From: Eledone cirrhosa
Taxonomy: Eukaryota
DNA length: 64,000 nt
NCBI GenBank assembly: GCA_964016885.1
Contig: OZ024740.1
Span: 104,718,001 to 104,782,000, forward strand
Direction: 5' to 3'
Shown here piece by piece: positions 25,012-38,859 of the stretch. The translations under genes were made by a program, and so were the position numbers. The notes under the pieces are model-generated. The model did no database searches and was not told where the DNA came from. It saw only the letters and a list, made by a program, of their open reading frames with translations. Position 1 is the stretch's first letter; every line of letters starts with the position of its first letter.

Positions 25012-25950
25012 CAAGAAATCAAGGAGATGAAAATTGGTAAAGCTGCTGGACTGTCTGAGATGTTAAAATCATCAGAGGAAGTAGGAGTTGAACTACTTAT
25101 TTGCATAGTCAATCGGGTAATACAGGGTCATAGACAATGAATGGTGACACAGTACACACATTAATTGCTACAAGGGTAAAGGAGCAACTGCACAGAAATA
25201 AAACTAATGGACGAAGTTATGAAAGTGACGGAAAGAGTTCTAGCACAGCTAATTAGGGAAAGAATAAGTAAAATAAGATGCAGTTAAGTTTTGTGCCTGG
25301 GAGGAGCACTGCAGATGCCCTCTTTTTAGTATAAAACCTACAAAAGAAGTTCCTAGCTATGAATAAGTCACTATATTTAGCTTTTGTTGATCTAAAGAAA
25401 GGCTTTGACAGAGAACCCCAATCGGTCATCTGGTGGTCCTTAAGGAAACTAGGTGTAGAAGAGTGGCTTGTAAGAGCAGTGTGAGCCATGTACAGAGGAG
25501 CTGTAAGTAAAGTGAGAATAGAAAGTGAGTTTAGTGAAGAATTTAAGGTACAGGTATGAGTACATTAGGATTGAGTTTTTAGTCCACTCCTGTTTATTCT
25601 GGCCATAACAGGGGAATTTAAAACTGGTTGCCTATGGAAACTTCTGCAGGCCAATGATTTGGTCCTCTGTGGAAGAACTAGAGAATAAATTCCAGCTGTG
25701 GAAGCAGAACTTAGAATCAAAAGGGCTGTATACTTAGCAAAAAGAAAAATGTTAATAAGTAGGAAAGAAACAGGACCCTGACCTTATCAATGAAGTGGCT
25801 TTACCCAATATGTAGAAAAGGAATAGGCATAAATTCTATACAACGTACACAATGCAAATTTGTGGTACACAAGAGATGTAGAGCGATAGCAGCAGACTCA
25901 GAGAAAAAGAAAACTTTGTCTTTAGTAGATGTTCAGGGACAATTGACGAA
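25012..25950 (+). mobile_element. Heavily decayed RTE LINE RT fragment
   Basis: EIKEMKIGKAAG, FVDLKKGFDR, WWSLRKLGVEEWLV, CRKGIGINSI motifs interrupted by stops. Confidence 0.85.
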
Positions 25951-26591
25951 AGTTATATTTAATAAATTAGTAACATAGCGGTTTTGTGTTATTGTGGTGG
26001 ATATTTTTAATTTCCTATGTGATCAGGGTAAATCATTTACCCAAGGATTCATCATCACCATAATGAACACTTACTCACTTACTTGCTCTCCCGCATTCCC
26101 TGGTCACACTGTATCAGGCACACCAATCTTCTTTCACCTAAATTCTACACAACAGTGACCACACAACAACCAAATCAACACCACAGCACACCACCATCTC
26201 AACCCAGCATCCAACACATTATAATAGGAGCCACTATATATATATGTCAATTCGCTCTTAGTATTATTCTGACCAATAATTGTTTCTACTTTTGGCACAA
26301 GGCCAGCAATTACCCAGTGCATTACTGGTACTTTATTTTATCGACCCCGTAAGGATGAAAGGCAAAGTTGACTAATCTTCTTTGGATTTTATTTAGACTT
26401 TCAAGAATTATTAGGAATTAGAATGCCAAAATGTTCAGAAGCTTGATGCCTAACCCCAGCCCTGAGCACCAAAGCCTTATGATGGACCTGCTGTTACTAC
26501 ACGCACAAACACCCTAGACGACATACAAAAGAAGCTCATCCAGCTGATCGTCAAAGACTCACAGTTCAACTTACAACCCAAACATCTAATG

Positions 26592-26898
26592 CAAAGGTTC
26601 TGAAACGTTTTGGGTCACACCCCCTCCCTCATGGTCATGTAATATCCTCAGTACTGCTACCCTTATTTCCAGAGAGACCTGCCTACATGCAAATTGTAAA
26701 TAATCTTATATAATAAATGAAATCGTTAATTTATATATAAATAGTATATTATATACTATGTATAAATAAACATTACATATTTTTTATTTTACTATATTTA
26801 TATATGTATCATTTGATATTTCATATACTATTATATCATCTCTACCGCCCCACATCCCCTTTCCCCAAGGGTGGTAGCGTCCACTTTGAGAACCTCTG
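26592..26898. mobile_element. hAT-type MITE
   Basis: TIRs caaaggttctgaaa / tttgagaacctctg; perfect 8-bp TSD atctaatg at 26584-26591 and 26899-26906. Confidence 0.88.
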
Positions 26899-28049
26899 AT
26901 CTAATGTCTCCTTTCTATTTCTTTAATCACTAACAATTATCACTGTTCCTCAAACTAACTAGTTGTCCACCACTTCCACCCATGACTGCATTAACCTTCT
27001 TCTTCTCCCACTTATTCCTGGGAGCAGAGTCCTCAAGCATACCATCCAGCAGGTCCTGTCAGAAGCAACCATTTCCAATTGATCCAGCTGGATCTCCGAG
27101 TTCATGCATGTTATCTAACTATCTTGCTCCAGGTCTCCTTTCCTGTAAAATCAGTCCAGTGATTCTTTCCTGAGACATTCTAGCTACATGCCCTTAGTAT
27201 TGCAGCTGTGATCACTCAATTCGGAGAAGATCCGATACTACTTGATTAACCATTAAGCAAAATATGCCCATGTTTAGGAAATCAAGGAAAGTGGAGCACC
27301 ATTTTATTCAAATTTATCGTGTCATTCCAAACATTACTTTTTTACAGACTTTAAATATGGGTGAGAGTGGGGGCACCATAATCTTTCAAATGCTTAGAGC
27401 CTCAAAAGGAGTTAATCCTGCCCTTTCTTCACCTATATCAATCCCATTCATCACTCTTTGTGTCTCTCCTACTAATCTACCGCACTAATCACTTCGCCCG
27501 TCCTATCTCACAGGGCATCAATCACCGCCCACATTTTTTTTTTGTGTGTGTGCTGAAGTCGATTTATAGATATTCAAGACTGAAGAACACCAACCATATC
27601 GATCTCAATAGTATTGGAAGGACTGCCTTTTGACTAACAAATAAAAACATGTACAATTATATAATGTATCTATTTATTATACCGAGCTTTGCACATATAA
27701 CTAAAATTACATAAAAAGTTAATACCTATGTACACGTGACTATGTGTGATTATGCGAACACATGTGAGTGTGTATTTCTATATGGAAGGGTATATAAAGG
27801 TGTTCGAGAGGACGTGTATATGTTAGAATCTAAGTGTGGGTGTGAATAAAAGTATGTTTATACTAACGAACATATACATGTGTGCTTGTTTGCGCGATGT
27901 TATACGTAAGAGTGTGTATAATGTAAATGGGTATATAACAGATTATTTTTATCGTATATGAGTGTGTGTGTGTGTGTTTATATGTATGTACGTATGTCTG
28001 TCTGTCCTAACGTGTATGTATATGTAATTTGTTTGCGTGTATGTATTTA

Positions 28050-28090
<41 letters not shown>

Positions 28091-28109
28091 GCCTCTGTAT
28101 GTGTGTGTA

Positions 28110-28300
28110 CAGTCAATGCTCACGCGTTACGCCAGATCACACCATACAGCACTGGCTGCTCTCACCTCAGCAGCTCGACCAATGGGGAGCGGCGAATGAG
28201 AGGTCAGTGATGACTACTTCCGGGTTAAATCGCTCCCTTCATGGCTTTACTTCATGCTTTCTATTCAGTTCTTTGGAGTGGCGCGAAAAAAAAGTAAATA
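28110..28300. promoter_or_regulatory. Candidate promoter, possibly bidirectional
   Basis: Locally CpG-enriched unique-looking sequence with CCAAT (28179), ETS acttccgg (28216), Inr-like ttcagtt (28264) and E2F-like ggcgcgaaa (28280); minus-strand donor gag|gtgaga at 28166/28165. Confidence 0.5.
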
Positions 28301-28411
28301 AATAACAACAACAACAATAATAATAATTGTAGAAACTAGCTTGGAGTAAGCAACTCGTTGCTTTTGGACCCTCTTTGTCTGTGTAATGTGCTGTCTCTCT
28401 GGCAGAAAAAC

Positions 28412-28469
28412 ATGTCCTTGGAACGGTCTGCTCTGGTTCTGTCGGCTGTGGGGACTTATTACTGCTGCC
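28412..28469 (+). CDS. Candidate first coding exon encoding a signal-peptide-like sequence
   Basis: aaaacATG context; MSLERSALVLSAVGLITAA followed by a strong phase-1 donor G|gtaagt; acceptor ctgtctctctggcag just upstream. Confidence 0.55.
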
Positions 28470-30949
28470 GGTAAGTTAAACATATTTTACATGTGTGTGT
28501 GCCTGTGTGTATATATATATATATATTTATACTCATACATATACACACAGGTATTGGTACACGTATATTGACATACATTCAGATGTTTTGGTAATTGATA
28601 AAGTTTTCTTACGCCAATACGGAGCGATTGTAATGTTGTGATGGTCATAACTTTTTTTCTCAAAGGCTTCGACTAAAATTCGAAACGGTGTTGCAGGTTT
28701 CGCTCTTCGAGACCATACACATGATTTCACAGTGTTTGTATAGTAACAGTAAGGATTTCCAATACTGATTGGAACAGGACCACAAATTGTAGTAGAGCAT
28801 GATGCAATCGATTAAATCAACCCTGGAGGGCTATATAATATTCAGTCGATCCTAGCCGGATCTGATAATTATAATAATAACTTTAAAAAAATTAAATATA
28901 AGTTTAAATTCCATAAAACTATATTTGTAGAATATTTACTATCCATTCCAGCCAACAACTGAACCTCTATGTGGCTGCTTGACCGGCTAAATCGCAACAC
29001 ATTTTCATTGAACTATAGCCCCCTCCTCCACCCCCATCGTCTTAAAAATGATATCCATGACTACACACTGGGCTATGTAGTATTAGATACATGATACCCG
29101 AAAAAAGAAGACGGAATAGTGATTGCTGGAATGTTTTTAATCATAGGTCTGGCCAGTCAGGCCCCACCTAGGGTTAAACAACTAGTATTTACTACGTTAA
29201 TAATAGATTGAGAATACCGGGAAGATGGCCCAAACCAAATTTGAACTGAGTACCTTAAAGCCATGCATCTGTTTGAGATATTTAGTATTTGATTCACGTG
29301 TTATAAAGAAAATAATAACGATGTCTTTCTCACGGAGAAAAGTCTCATTTATATAGGAAGTAGGTGAAAATAGTGAAAGGATGTTCTGGGTTATGACATT
29401 CATGCCATTATCAAGTATATTTTTTCTGTGCAACATTAAATACCGTTTAATATAATGGCTACGACCGGGAATCGAAAGTTACAACTCTGAATTTAAATTT
29501 GGGATTGTTACATAATAATTGACAAATATATCTGTAATTTTAAGTAGACGGCATGCATGTAAAATAACTTTTGCCGGGATTTGAAATCGTGTTCTTAAGT
29601 AGAATCTTCTGCACCAGAACATTTACTTCTCTGTCAGACAATAACAAATAATCGTGAACCAATAGGAGGGGTTGTTGTTACATTGTTAGTTGTCCTGCTA
29701 GAGATAGCAGCCAAATCTCCCTTAAATCGCACCCTATTTGTTGTCTTGACAATGTCACAGATATTCTATTTGGAGGTGGGGAGATGAAATGAATTCGATT
29801 GAGACTAAACAACAAATAATTCATTAGTATAAGAAAACATTTACAGGGAAGGGCTATACAGACCCACCTCTGAATTATGTCCGGTCAAAACCGTGTAAAG
29901 CTAGTAATAGGCCCAGGATAAATATAAAATATAGACCTCTAAGGTTGGTAGTAATCCCAGGCCAGATGTAAAATATAAACTCCGTATAGAAAATGTTCAT
30001 GAAATATTTTAGTAATCAGTACTAAGTACATGTGATTTATATATATATAAACAGATATAAATCTTAATAAAATCATCTCGATGTAGTTGCTCTGCACATA
30101 TATGCGAAACCAGAATGGGAGCCAGCCAGGTGGATCAGTTAACATGGGCATATGATTTTGAGGGGTCCATGTCAACTTGACCACGTGGCTGGATCCCACA
30201 CTGATTTGGTGGTGTTTATTTTTATTGACCCCCGCGATGAAGAGTTGACGCAACGTCGATCCCGATCGTATTTCAATTTAGAATAGAAAAAAATATAACG
30301 AAACAAATTTATTTCATTTTGTTTTAAATTTTTTTTTTAAACAGGTGAAGATGCTGAATGGGAGATTGTGATGTTCATATTTTTTCTTAGGACAATAAGT
30401 TGTTTAACCCTGATTAAGCACACCTATGTTTAGTCAAAGATATTCCAGTCATCTCCAACCCATTTGTTTATATATATTATGTAAGGAGTCCAACTTTGTT
30501 TGTATATATTATCCGATGACAGTGGGGTGTAATTTGAGGGAATTTCGCTGCTATTCCTAACAGGTCGATTTATCACATCGCTGCTTTCTTGTTGTCATTA
30601 AGTTGAAAGCTAGTTCTGCTCTGAAGCAAAACTGGTGTATATTTTGTGTATTGAATATTTGTCGCTGTTTAGCTCTCTCTGTCATGGAGAACCCCTTTGT
30701 TAGCTTGTTATTATGATGCGGTTGTTAGGGTGAAGGTAGTCGAATGCCTTGTTTACCTATTTGATTCTTCGTTGCGTTTATTTCAATTAGATTTCAGCTA
30801 AAATCCCTATGTAGTTTCTTATTTACATTTGATGGTCTATTATTACGGAAGGTCGGACAGGAGAGGGAGAGAGTTTGATAAATACATTCAACTTATAAGC
30901 CGCCAATACATGCGCACAAAAGTACACAACACTTCACCTGTAAGCCAAC

Positions 30950-31061
<112 letters not shown>

Positions 31062-31295
31062 GTTTGAGTTTTAAAACACTAGAAAAAAAGTACTCAATAC
31101 AGTAATGGAGTGTATATATTTATTGTATTGAAATTTATTTTCACGAGTGTCGCTAATCATGTAAGTGATGATGTGTGTGCATGTATTTGTGTATATATAT
31201 ATATAACCAAAGATTAATATGGTTCATTGATTACTCAATGAATATAGTTTTACAATAGATTAAAAGCACTCTATATAAAAGTTTTCTGGAGTTAT

Positions 31296-31598
31296 TATAC
31301 AGAATAATAATAAATGAAGACATTCACATAATCAAAATATATGTTTTATTATATATATTTCGAAGGTATTTGCTGTTTTTTTCGGTACGTCCTCGTCAGA
31401 TAAAATACATGAATTGATGTATGACATACCTGCCAATACTGGAATTGAACTATCAAGACCGTTGAGGTATGTCATACATCAATTCATGTATTTTATCTGA
31501 CGAGGACGTACTGAAAAAACAGCACAGTACCTTCGAAATATATATAATAAAACATATTTTGATTATGTGAATGTCTTCATTTATTATTATTCTGTATA
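31296..31598. repeat. Inverted repeat (about 135-bp arms, 33-nt spacer) carrying hammerheads
   Basis: Arms 31296-31431 and 31465-31598; (TA)n on the right. Confidence 0.93.
31487..31555 (+). ncRNA. Type-I hammerhead ribozyme
   Basis: ttttat-CTGACGA-ggacgtactg..cagtaccttc-GAAA-tatata-TA-ataaaa. Confidence 0.82.
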
Positions 31599-32835
31599 TA
31601 TATATATATGTATACATACACACACGCACACGTGTGCTGTTTGTATTACAGTCAGTTTCGCTCTTTATTCCTTCTATTTCTGTATATCGAAAATGTTACA
31701 CACTGAATACACACACGTGTGGTAGGTGTACGCACACGTGTTCACATCACCCGACCTGAATATAGAACGGTATGGTGTGGGTGTGCGACCTTAGAGCAGT
31801 TGGTGCGATGTCGTTTATTCAGGTATACAAATAACTGAGTGGAGATAGAACACACACACATATAAACACCCACACACGTACCTAGATATCGGGTCCGACC
31901 CATATAAATAGTTAAACTAAATGAAAGTAGAAAACAAACGTTAAAAGAGTGCAAACCGTACATCATCAGCCTACTTCTCTCTCTCTCTCTCTGTGTAGAG
32001 AGAGAAAGAGAGATATAACTGTACCTTACTCAAACTATTTTGGCTGCGAGTTTTACAGTTGGATGCTCTTCCTAATCTCAACCACGTTTACAGTGTGGTA
32101 CAGGATGGCACCATTATGAGCTGGGTCTGGCCAGCAGAACCGTATTTTGGGAGCTGGGTGGTTCCATTATGAAGGATGTCTATCCAGTTGGCTGCACCAT
32201 GCCTTGCTTATAGCCGGGCCGTGTTTAGATTTTTTTTCGGCTGCTGGATGCCCTTCCTACTATCAAACACGTTTACTGTGTGAAATGGTGGCAATGTTAT
32301 GAGTCAATTATTTTTTTATTATATTTTTATTATGCTGATCCCACAACTGGAAATGATTATTCCCAGTTTCCAGATCAGTGGAAAACCCTGAAACTCAGAG
32401 TAGAAACAAAACATAAACTCTGTAATATAAAAATGATTTATAATATTCTCTATTTTAGTATTCAACAGTTTTTCCTCGTATTTGCAAATCCAAACTTATG
32501 GATACACACAAACACTGTAAACATGGTTAGTGTTAGGAAAAACATCCAGCAGCCATAAAAAAAACAGCCTAAATGCGGCCCTGTTATGAGTAAGGTACGG
32601 TGCGGCCAACCGGCTAGACCCTCCTCACAGCGGGACCTCCCACTTCCACACTATAAAAGTGGTTGGAGTTAGGAAACGCATCAAGTTGTAAAAAACCCAG
32701 CTAAAATATGGTATCATATGATTCCAGTTCCTCAGAGGAATAACATACACAACCAGGAGCTGGACATATTGATGTATTGACAGAGTAAAACACACTTCAA
32801 CAACATGTGTACCTGTCTTTCTCACACCAATTCGG

Positions 32836-32890
32836 ACTGCCTGAAGAGGTCACAGCCAATGATGGCTGTCACTGAAATATATATAGCAGT
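32836..32890 (+). ncRNA. Type-I hammerhead ribozyme
   Basis: actgc-CTGAAGA-ggtcacagcca atga tggctgtcact-GAAA-tatata-TA-gcagt; the element ends at about 33022 before an A/(TA)n tract. Confidence 0.85.
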
Positions 32891-33024
32891 ATATCTATAA
32901 TTTATAATAAACGAAGCCAAATTTTACATATTTGACTTAATTATTTTACATTAATCCGGAGTAAACAAACCATCCTGCATACAATCTGCATACTGAGGTG
33001 TCGGTAAACAACCAACTTATACTA

Positions 33025-33055
<31 letters not shown>

Positions 33056-33099
33056 TTATAATAATAAAAAGGACGATTTTGTTATGTCTTCATTACAAT

Positions 33100-33151
<52 letters not shown>

Positions 33152-33360
33152 TGTTGGATCTCTATCAGTTATGATGATATATATACTCCAGTTGTTGAAT
33201 CATCAGAACAGCCTGCTTGTAAAATTAATGTGTACATTGCTGAGCATTAGTTTAACTACGTTTTTGAGGAGATTCAGCATAACTCTGAGACAGGGTTAGG
33301 AGTTCTAGTAAGAGTGAAACAAGTTGGGTCCACTCCTCCTGCATTCTCTGAAAACTCTTA

Positions 33361-33553
33361 CCATATATACTCGAATATGAATCGACACCCCACATTTTAT
33401 GCCTGAGAAATAGTCAAAGCTTCAAACCCCATTTATAAGCTGAGGCAACTAATCAACACATTTTTTTAGATAGCGTATATAAGCTGACCCCCTCCATTTT
33501 ATCGATTTTTTTTTTTGTCATATGTTCCTCGGTTAATATTCAAGTATATAGGG
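33361..33553. mobile_element. Tc2/pogo-like MITE
   Basis: TA-ccatatatactcgaatatgaatcga ... tcggttaatattcaagtatataggg-TA, with internal ataagctga subterminal repeats. Confidence 0.65.
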
Positions 33554-35814
33554 TAGATCAGCCAGGGCTATAGGAGTTATTTCCGTTGCTTGCTTTCATG
33601 GCTGAACACCTTTTAAGGAAGTTTCAGTTGTGAAATTTTAAGCATAGTTATTTGTATGTATTTGCTTTATACAGAGCACTCACTTCAGGCGTTTTAGTCT
33701 CACACTTTGTTGTCATCATCATCATCACTTTTTAACATCTATTTTTTTCCATGCTTGCATGGATTACATGGGTTGTCCACATTATGAGACAAGTCTGGCC
33801 AGTTGGCTGCACCGTACCTTGCTCAAATCGAACTGTATTTTGGCTGGGGTTTTATAGCTGGATGCTCTTTCTAACACCAACCACGTTTATAGTGTGGAAC
33901 TGTGTGATGCCGTTATGAGGAGGGTCTGGCCAGTTGGCCACGCTGTATCCTGCTCATAGTGGAACCGTAGCATAGAGAGGGCTTTTCAGTTTAGTCAATG
34001 ATCGACAACCTCCTTGGTGTTGGTGCCACAATAAACAGCACCCAGAACACTTTGTAAATTGTTAGAAAGAACATCCAACTAAAGAAAGCATGCCAAAAAG
34101 GCTAACTTGTATCTTCAGTCACATTACAGATATGATAACCTCTGTAGGGTTGGTGCCATGAAAAATGAATCAAATACACACTGTAAAGTGGTTGGCATGC
34201 TTCCAGCTGTAGAAATCTTGCCAAGAAATGGTTGAAAGGACTCTTCAGTTGTGTCCAAGGCACAACAATTTCACTAGTATTGATACCTTGATAAAATGCG
34301 CCCAGTACGCTCTGGATTGGACTTGGTAACACTAGCTAAAGTCCGTTACGTATAGAAATAGTTCCAAGAACTGAGTAGCATGCTAATGAGGAAGGAAATG
34401 TTGCTGAAACTGAAAGGAAATGTATACGCTGCATGTGTAAGACATAAATAATGAACATGGAGCAATAGAAAAACTGAGAATGGTTCGTTGGATGATTGGA
34501 GTATTACTCAGAAGACAATGAATTGCAGAGGATGATGGCAATAGGCAGTGTTGAATACTGTGAAGAGAAATGGATGGAGATGGCTTTTCCATGTGTTGAG
34601 GAAGGATGTAACAGGGTGAGAAGAATGTGGAAGGAGGTATTTTCACTGTGTTGGAGACCAAGCAGCAATTGTTATTGACTCAAATTTAAGATATATACTT
34701 AAAGAAGGAGAGTCTGAAATTTGTTTGCAGGCAAGAGTCATATTCACACACAACCACACAGTCATATATGTATATATTTTATCTCTAATATATAATACAT
34801 GATGTGTGTTGGTTTGATGTCACGTTTGTCAACATAGGAACAGGTGGGGAGACAGAGAGAGAGATATAAAAAAAAAAAAAGAATTAACATATGGGTTGAA
34901 GGAGGAGTATGCATACTGAGCAGAATGGCAGGCAAAGAATGAGAGATAGTGAGGCATATGAATGTTACTGTGAGACATGCATACAAACACATACATAAGT
35001 AATTATCATCTGCTGAGACAAGCGGATGAATGTAGTGTTTGTACAAACTTATGTTTTCATTCCAATTCTTTTTGTCATGAAATATAAACATATATGAAAA
35101 TATATATTTCCTTTCCCAGTTTCTTTTCTTTCCTATTTCTCAACTCACTGATTTCTTTAATACTATATATATATATTTGAGCAGGAGCAAAATAATGAAT
35201 CATTTTAGCCAAATGCAGTCATAGTGAATTAATTTATTCTTATGTATATGTTTATACATTTTTTATGAACTGTTAAGCCAGCAAACTGGCAGAGTTAAAA
35301 AAAAGCTTCAGTATTTATTCCAACTCACTGCTCAAATATTGCCACGGTCAACTTTTCCTTTCATTCTTCCAAGATTGATCAAATAAACTGCCAGTTGTCA
35401 AGTACTGGGGCCATCCACACAATTCTTTGTGCTATAACAATACATAACATATATTTGTGTGTGTATGTGTATATATATGTACTTATCTTAATTTTATAAA
35501 TAGAAATGACATCAGGACTTTATCTATTATCTACTACGCATTCTAGCCGACAGGCTGATGACTTCTTATGAATGAAATAGTTGCAATTCTATAGAAGTCA
35601 TTTCTATAAAAAAAAATAAAGATGCATTTACTCTAATAACGTATTGAGTACTTTTTCAATATACATCAGGAATCCACCTATTATATATATTGCGATCGTG
35701 GTTTTACCTATTTATACACCTACTCTGCATCTCCCCATGCATTGAGTACTCTCATGGTTAATGGTCTCCCCAGTCTCAGCATTGCAGACTATATATATAT
35801 ATATATATATCATA

Positions 35815-36340
35815 CTAGCTGATGTATCCAACTTTGCCTGGGTAAACATGATAAGAGAAGACAGGTAGAAGAGAAAATGACTATATTGGATGTTTGTCTG
35901 GTTTGCAGTATGAGGTGAGACTGGTGTGTATGTGTTACAAAAATATAAACAGTAAAAAAAATCTTCCAGATACGCCAGATTCTTCGTTTTACCATTCGTG
36001 CATAGTATATGAAGATTTCTCGTGTTTCCACTTGTGAATAACCTACATATAACTGTCCATGGGTAAAAAGCGGTTCTCTTGTATTCAATTCTACAACTTT
36101 GAAACTCTGAGCCTGAGTTTTATGTATGGTCATAGCAAAACTGGCTCTAACAGTGAACTGAAGTCTTAAGAATTTGAATGGCAGCTCGGTAGAAGTAGAG
36201 ATGTGAGGAATTTTGGGAATAAATGCATTTTCTCCTTGATGATTGCTTCCAAGAATAGTGACTTCTTGGAGATAGTCCATGATCCTCCTGGCTGTAAAGT
36301 ATGTGCCATTGCATAGAAGTAACGGGTCCACGTTTCTCAA
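35815..36340 (-). mobile_element. Helitron 3' end with a PIF1-like helicase C-terminal fragment
   Basis: LCNGT, LPFKFLRLQF, FAMTIHKTQAQSF, FTHGQLYV motifs; subterminal hairpin-like stretch and CTAG|T terminus at 35815. Confidence 0.88.
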
Positions 36341-36535
36341 AAGGAGGATGGAAGTTCCAATATTTTATATTATTGGTGCTCCTCACCACTAACTCGTCAC
36401 TACGCCCCCCCCCCATCTTACAGGCCAAAACATTCCTCATAATTAACCCACCAATCAAAACAACATAAACTGATCAACATATAAACGTTAGACTTTTTAT
36501 GTGCCATGTATATTCATTCTGTCATTACTACTACA

Positions 36536-36622
36536 GAGGTCCGACGAGCTTTTGATTCCATAGTCGGGCCAGATCGATACAGATCGAACTTTGAGCTGAT
36601 CAATAGTGAATGCGCGTCACCA
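36536..36622 (+). ncRNA. Hammerhead variant with a CCGACGA core
   Basis: ggt-CCGACGA-gcttttgat...atcaatagt-GAA-tgcgcg-TC-acc; a homologous copy lies on the minus strand at 49711-49788. Confidence 0.55.
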
Positions 36623-36739
36623 ACCAATAAACGTAATGAAGGCATAACCATTCGTCCTTGTATTAATTGGCAGTATCGGTAGAGAGTCGGATGCCATGCT
36701 TTCCAGCATAGTTAATTCTCTGTGTATCTGAGTTTGTGT

Positions 36740-37066
36740 GTTTAATTCTCTGTGTATCTGATTAAGTATTTACGTGAAGATGAGTATGTATATAACTTAC
36801 TAAGGCATAACGTACGTAACAAATGCACAAACGCACTCACTCACAGACATATACACACTCATATGCAAAATGTGATGTCATCGTGTTATATCTATTGTAG
36901 ATTATTTAAAATAAAGTGTTATATTCTTTTAATCCAAATGAAAATAAAATTATATGTTGACACTCCCTTGTAAAATTTGATTTGACTTGGTCAAGCCATT
37001 TGGGAATGTTTGAGGAAAAGACAGACAGACAGAGAGACAAAGAGTTTGATATATATGGCGATATAG
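36740..37066 (-). mobile_element. Helitron-like 5' portion, same family as 57798-58130 (+)
   Basis: Shared tatataaaactcttt..(tctg)n..gaccaaRtcaaatcaaattttacaagg segment. Confidence 0.5.
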
Positions 37067-37744
37067 GGGATGAATAAAGTGGGTATGAAACCTGTTCATT
37101 ACCAAATGCTTTGGACGTACTTCTAGAGATAATCCACGATCCAGCATTTTAAAATGGTACTCTCAATTAAATCGTGCAAAACCATTTTGCTTGTTTGAGA
37201 GCTGATGAGGGTGAAAATGTGTGTGCGTAAACTTGTCTTGTACATCACCTTTCTTTATTTCCTCCCAGTCACTTCTATGCGCCAACACACTTCTTGTCCT
37301 CCTCCTCCTCTTTCAATCTTTTCTGTATTTTATCTGCTTGTCACCCACTTTATGGATTGTCCTTCTATTGACCACAGGCTGCTGGTCTCTGTCCTCTGAG
37401 ACACTTTTGCTCATCGCTGTCTTTGACAGCATTTAGCTGTTTTAACGGCTGTTCTAGTGATATATGTGATACATATACTTATATATATGTATCATCATCA
37501 CCGTTTGTATCATATATATACGATACATTTATGATATATATATAATATATATATATATGAGCAAGATATGGTCACCTGACTTGGCATTGCCCACAACAGG
37601 ACAACCTGTCTAACCCATACTAGTGTGGAAACATTGACGTAAAACGGTGATGATGATGATTATATATGTATGATATATATATGTATGATATATATATGTA
37701 TGATATATATATGTATGATATATATATATATATATGATATATAT

Positions 37745-38060
37745 CATTTTGCATATACTTTTCCATGCTTGCATAGGTTGGATGAGTCTTTTCTAGCACA
37801 ACATTCCGCCACTTGTGGTCTTTGATTGTCTCCTTTGTGAGCTTTATGGATTTGAGATCAACTCTCACAACTTCTGCCCATACCTTCCTTGGTCTACCTC
37901 TACTGCAGCTTCCTTCCAATGGGATTTCTTGGTACTTCTTCACCCAACGATCATCATTTATACACAGATGTTCATAGCGCGGTCTTCTCCCCTGCACACT
38001 ATGTCTGTTTCTTCTTATACACAGCTTTTTTCTCAGCTCAACATAAAGAGACATTTCTGT
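37745..38060 (-). mobile_element. RTE LINE 3' fragment
   Basis: DDRWVKKYQEIPLEGSCSRGRPRKVW; RTE tail. Confidence 0.8.
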
Positions 38061-38826
38061 TCATCAGCTATCCATTTAGGACACTCATTTTTTTTTTTAT
38101 AAAAAGGATAGGAAAGCATTGCCCAGAACTCTAACACAGCTGAAAGACCAGACAATGTTCAGAAATAGTGAAACAACTTTAAAGGCAATCAAGAAACAAA
38201 CAAGAAGCATGACCAAGATAAGGTAACAAGACTATAAAGACATAGAAGGAAAGTAAAAAGAAAAGAAAATATTTTTGAAATATCGAGTGGATTAAAAAAA
38301 AAAATTTTTTTTTTGTTTTCAGTCATTTTCTCTGAAGTTTACCCATCATCATTTTTACGTCCCGTTTTTCCACGTTTGCATGGGTTGGACGGGTTCTTTT
38401 CATCACAACATCTCTCCACTCACCACATTCCCTCGTCATCTATGTATCATCATCATCAACATCGTTTTACGTCCATTCTTCCACGCTAGCATGGGTTAGA
38501 CGGGTTGTCCTGTTGTGGGCAATGCCAGGTCAGGTAACCATGTCTTGCTCATATAGAACTGATTTTGGCTCGATTTCTACAGATGGATGCCCTTCCTAAC
38601 ACCTAAACGATCAATTTACAGTGGACTAGGTGCTTTTTTGTCGTGACACCTACACAACCACTTTACAGTGGGTGGGGGTGGGGGGTGGGGGGCAGTATAT
38701 ATATATAACCAGTTCCGTATGAGCAAGACATGGTCACCTGACCTGGTATTACCTACAGCAGGACAACCTGTCTAACCCATGCTAGCATGGAAGAATGGAC
38801 GTAAAACAGTCATGATGATGATGATG

Positions 38827-38858
<32 letters not shown>

Positions 38859-38859
38859 T

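Noticed and set aside
35810-36340. Host PIF1 helicase gene
   Set aside because: Intronless degenerate fragment that ends in a Helitron CTAG terminus.
37090-37440. Minus-strand exon or start (MLDRGLSLEVRPKHL)
   Set aside because: Unique-looking, but upstream frames have stops, donors are weak and no homology is recognised.
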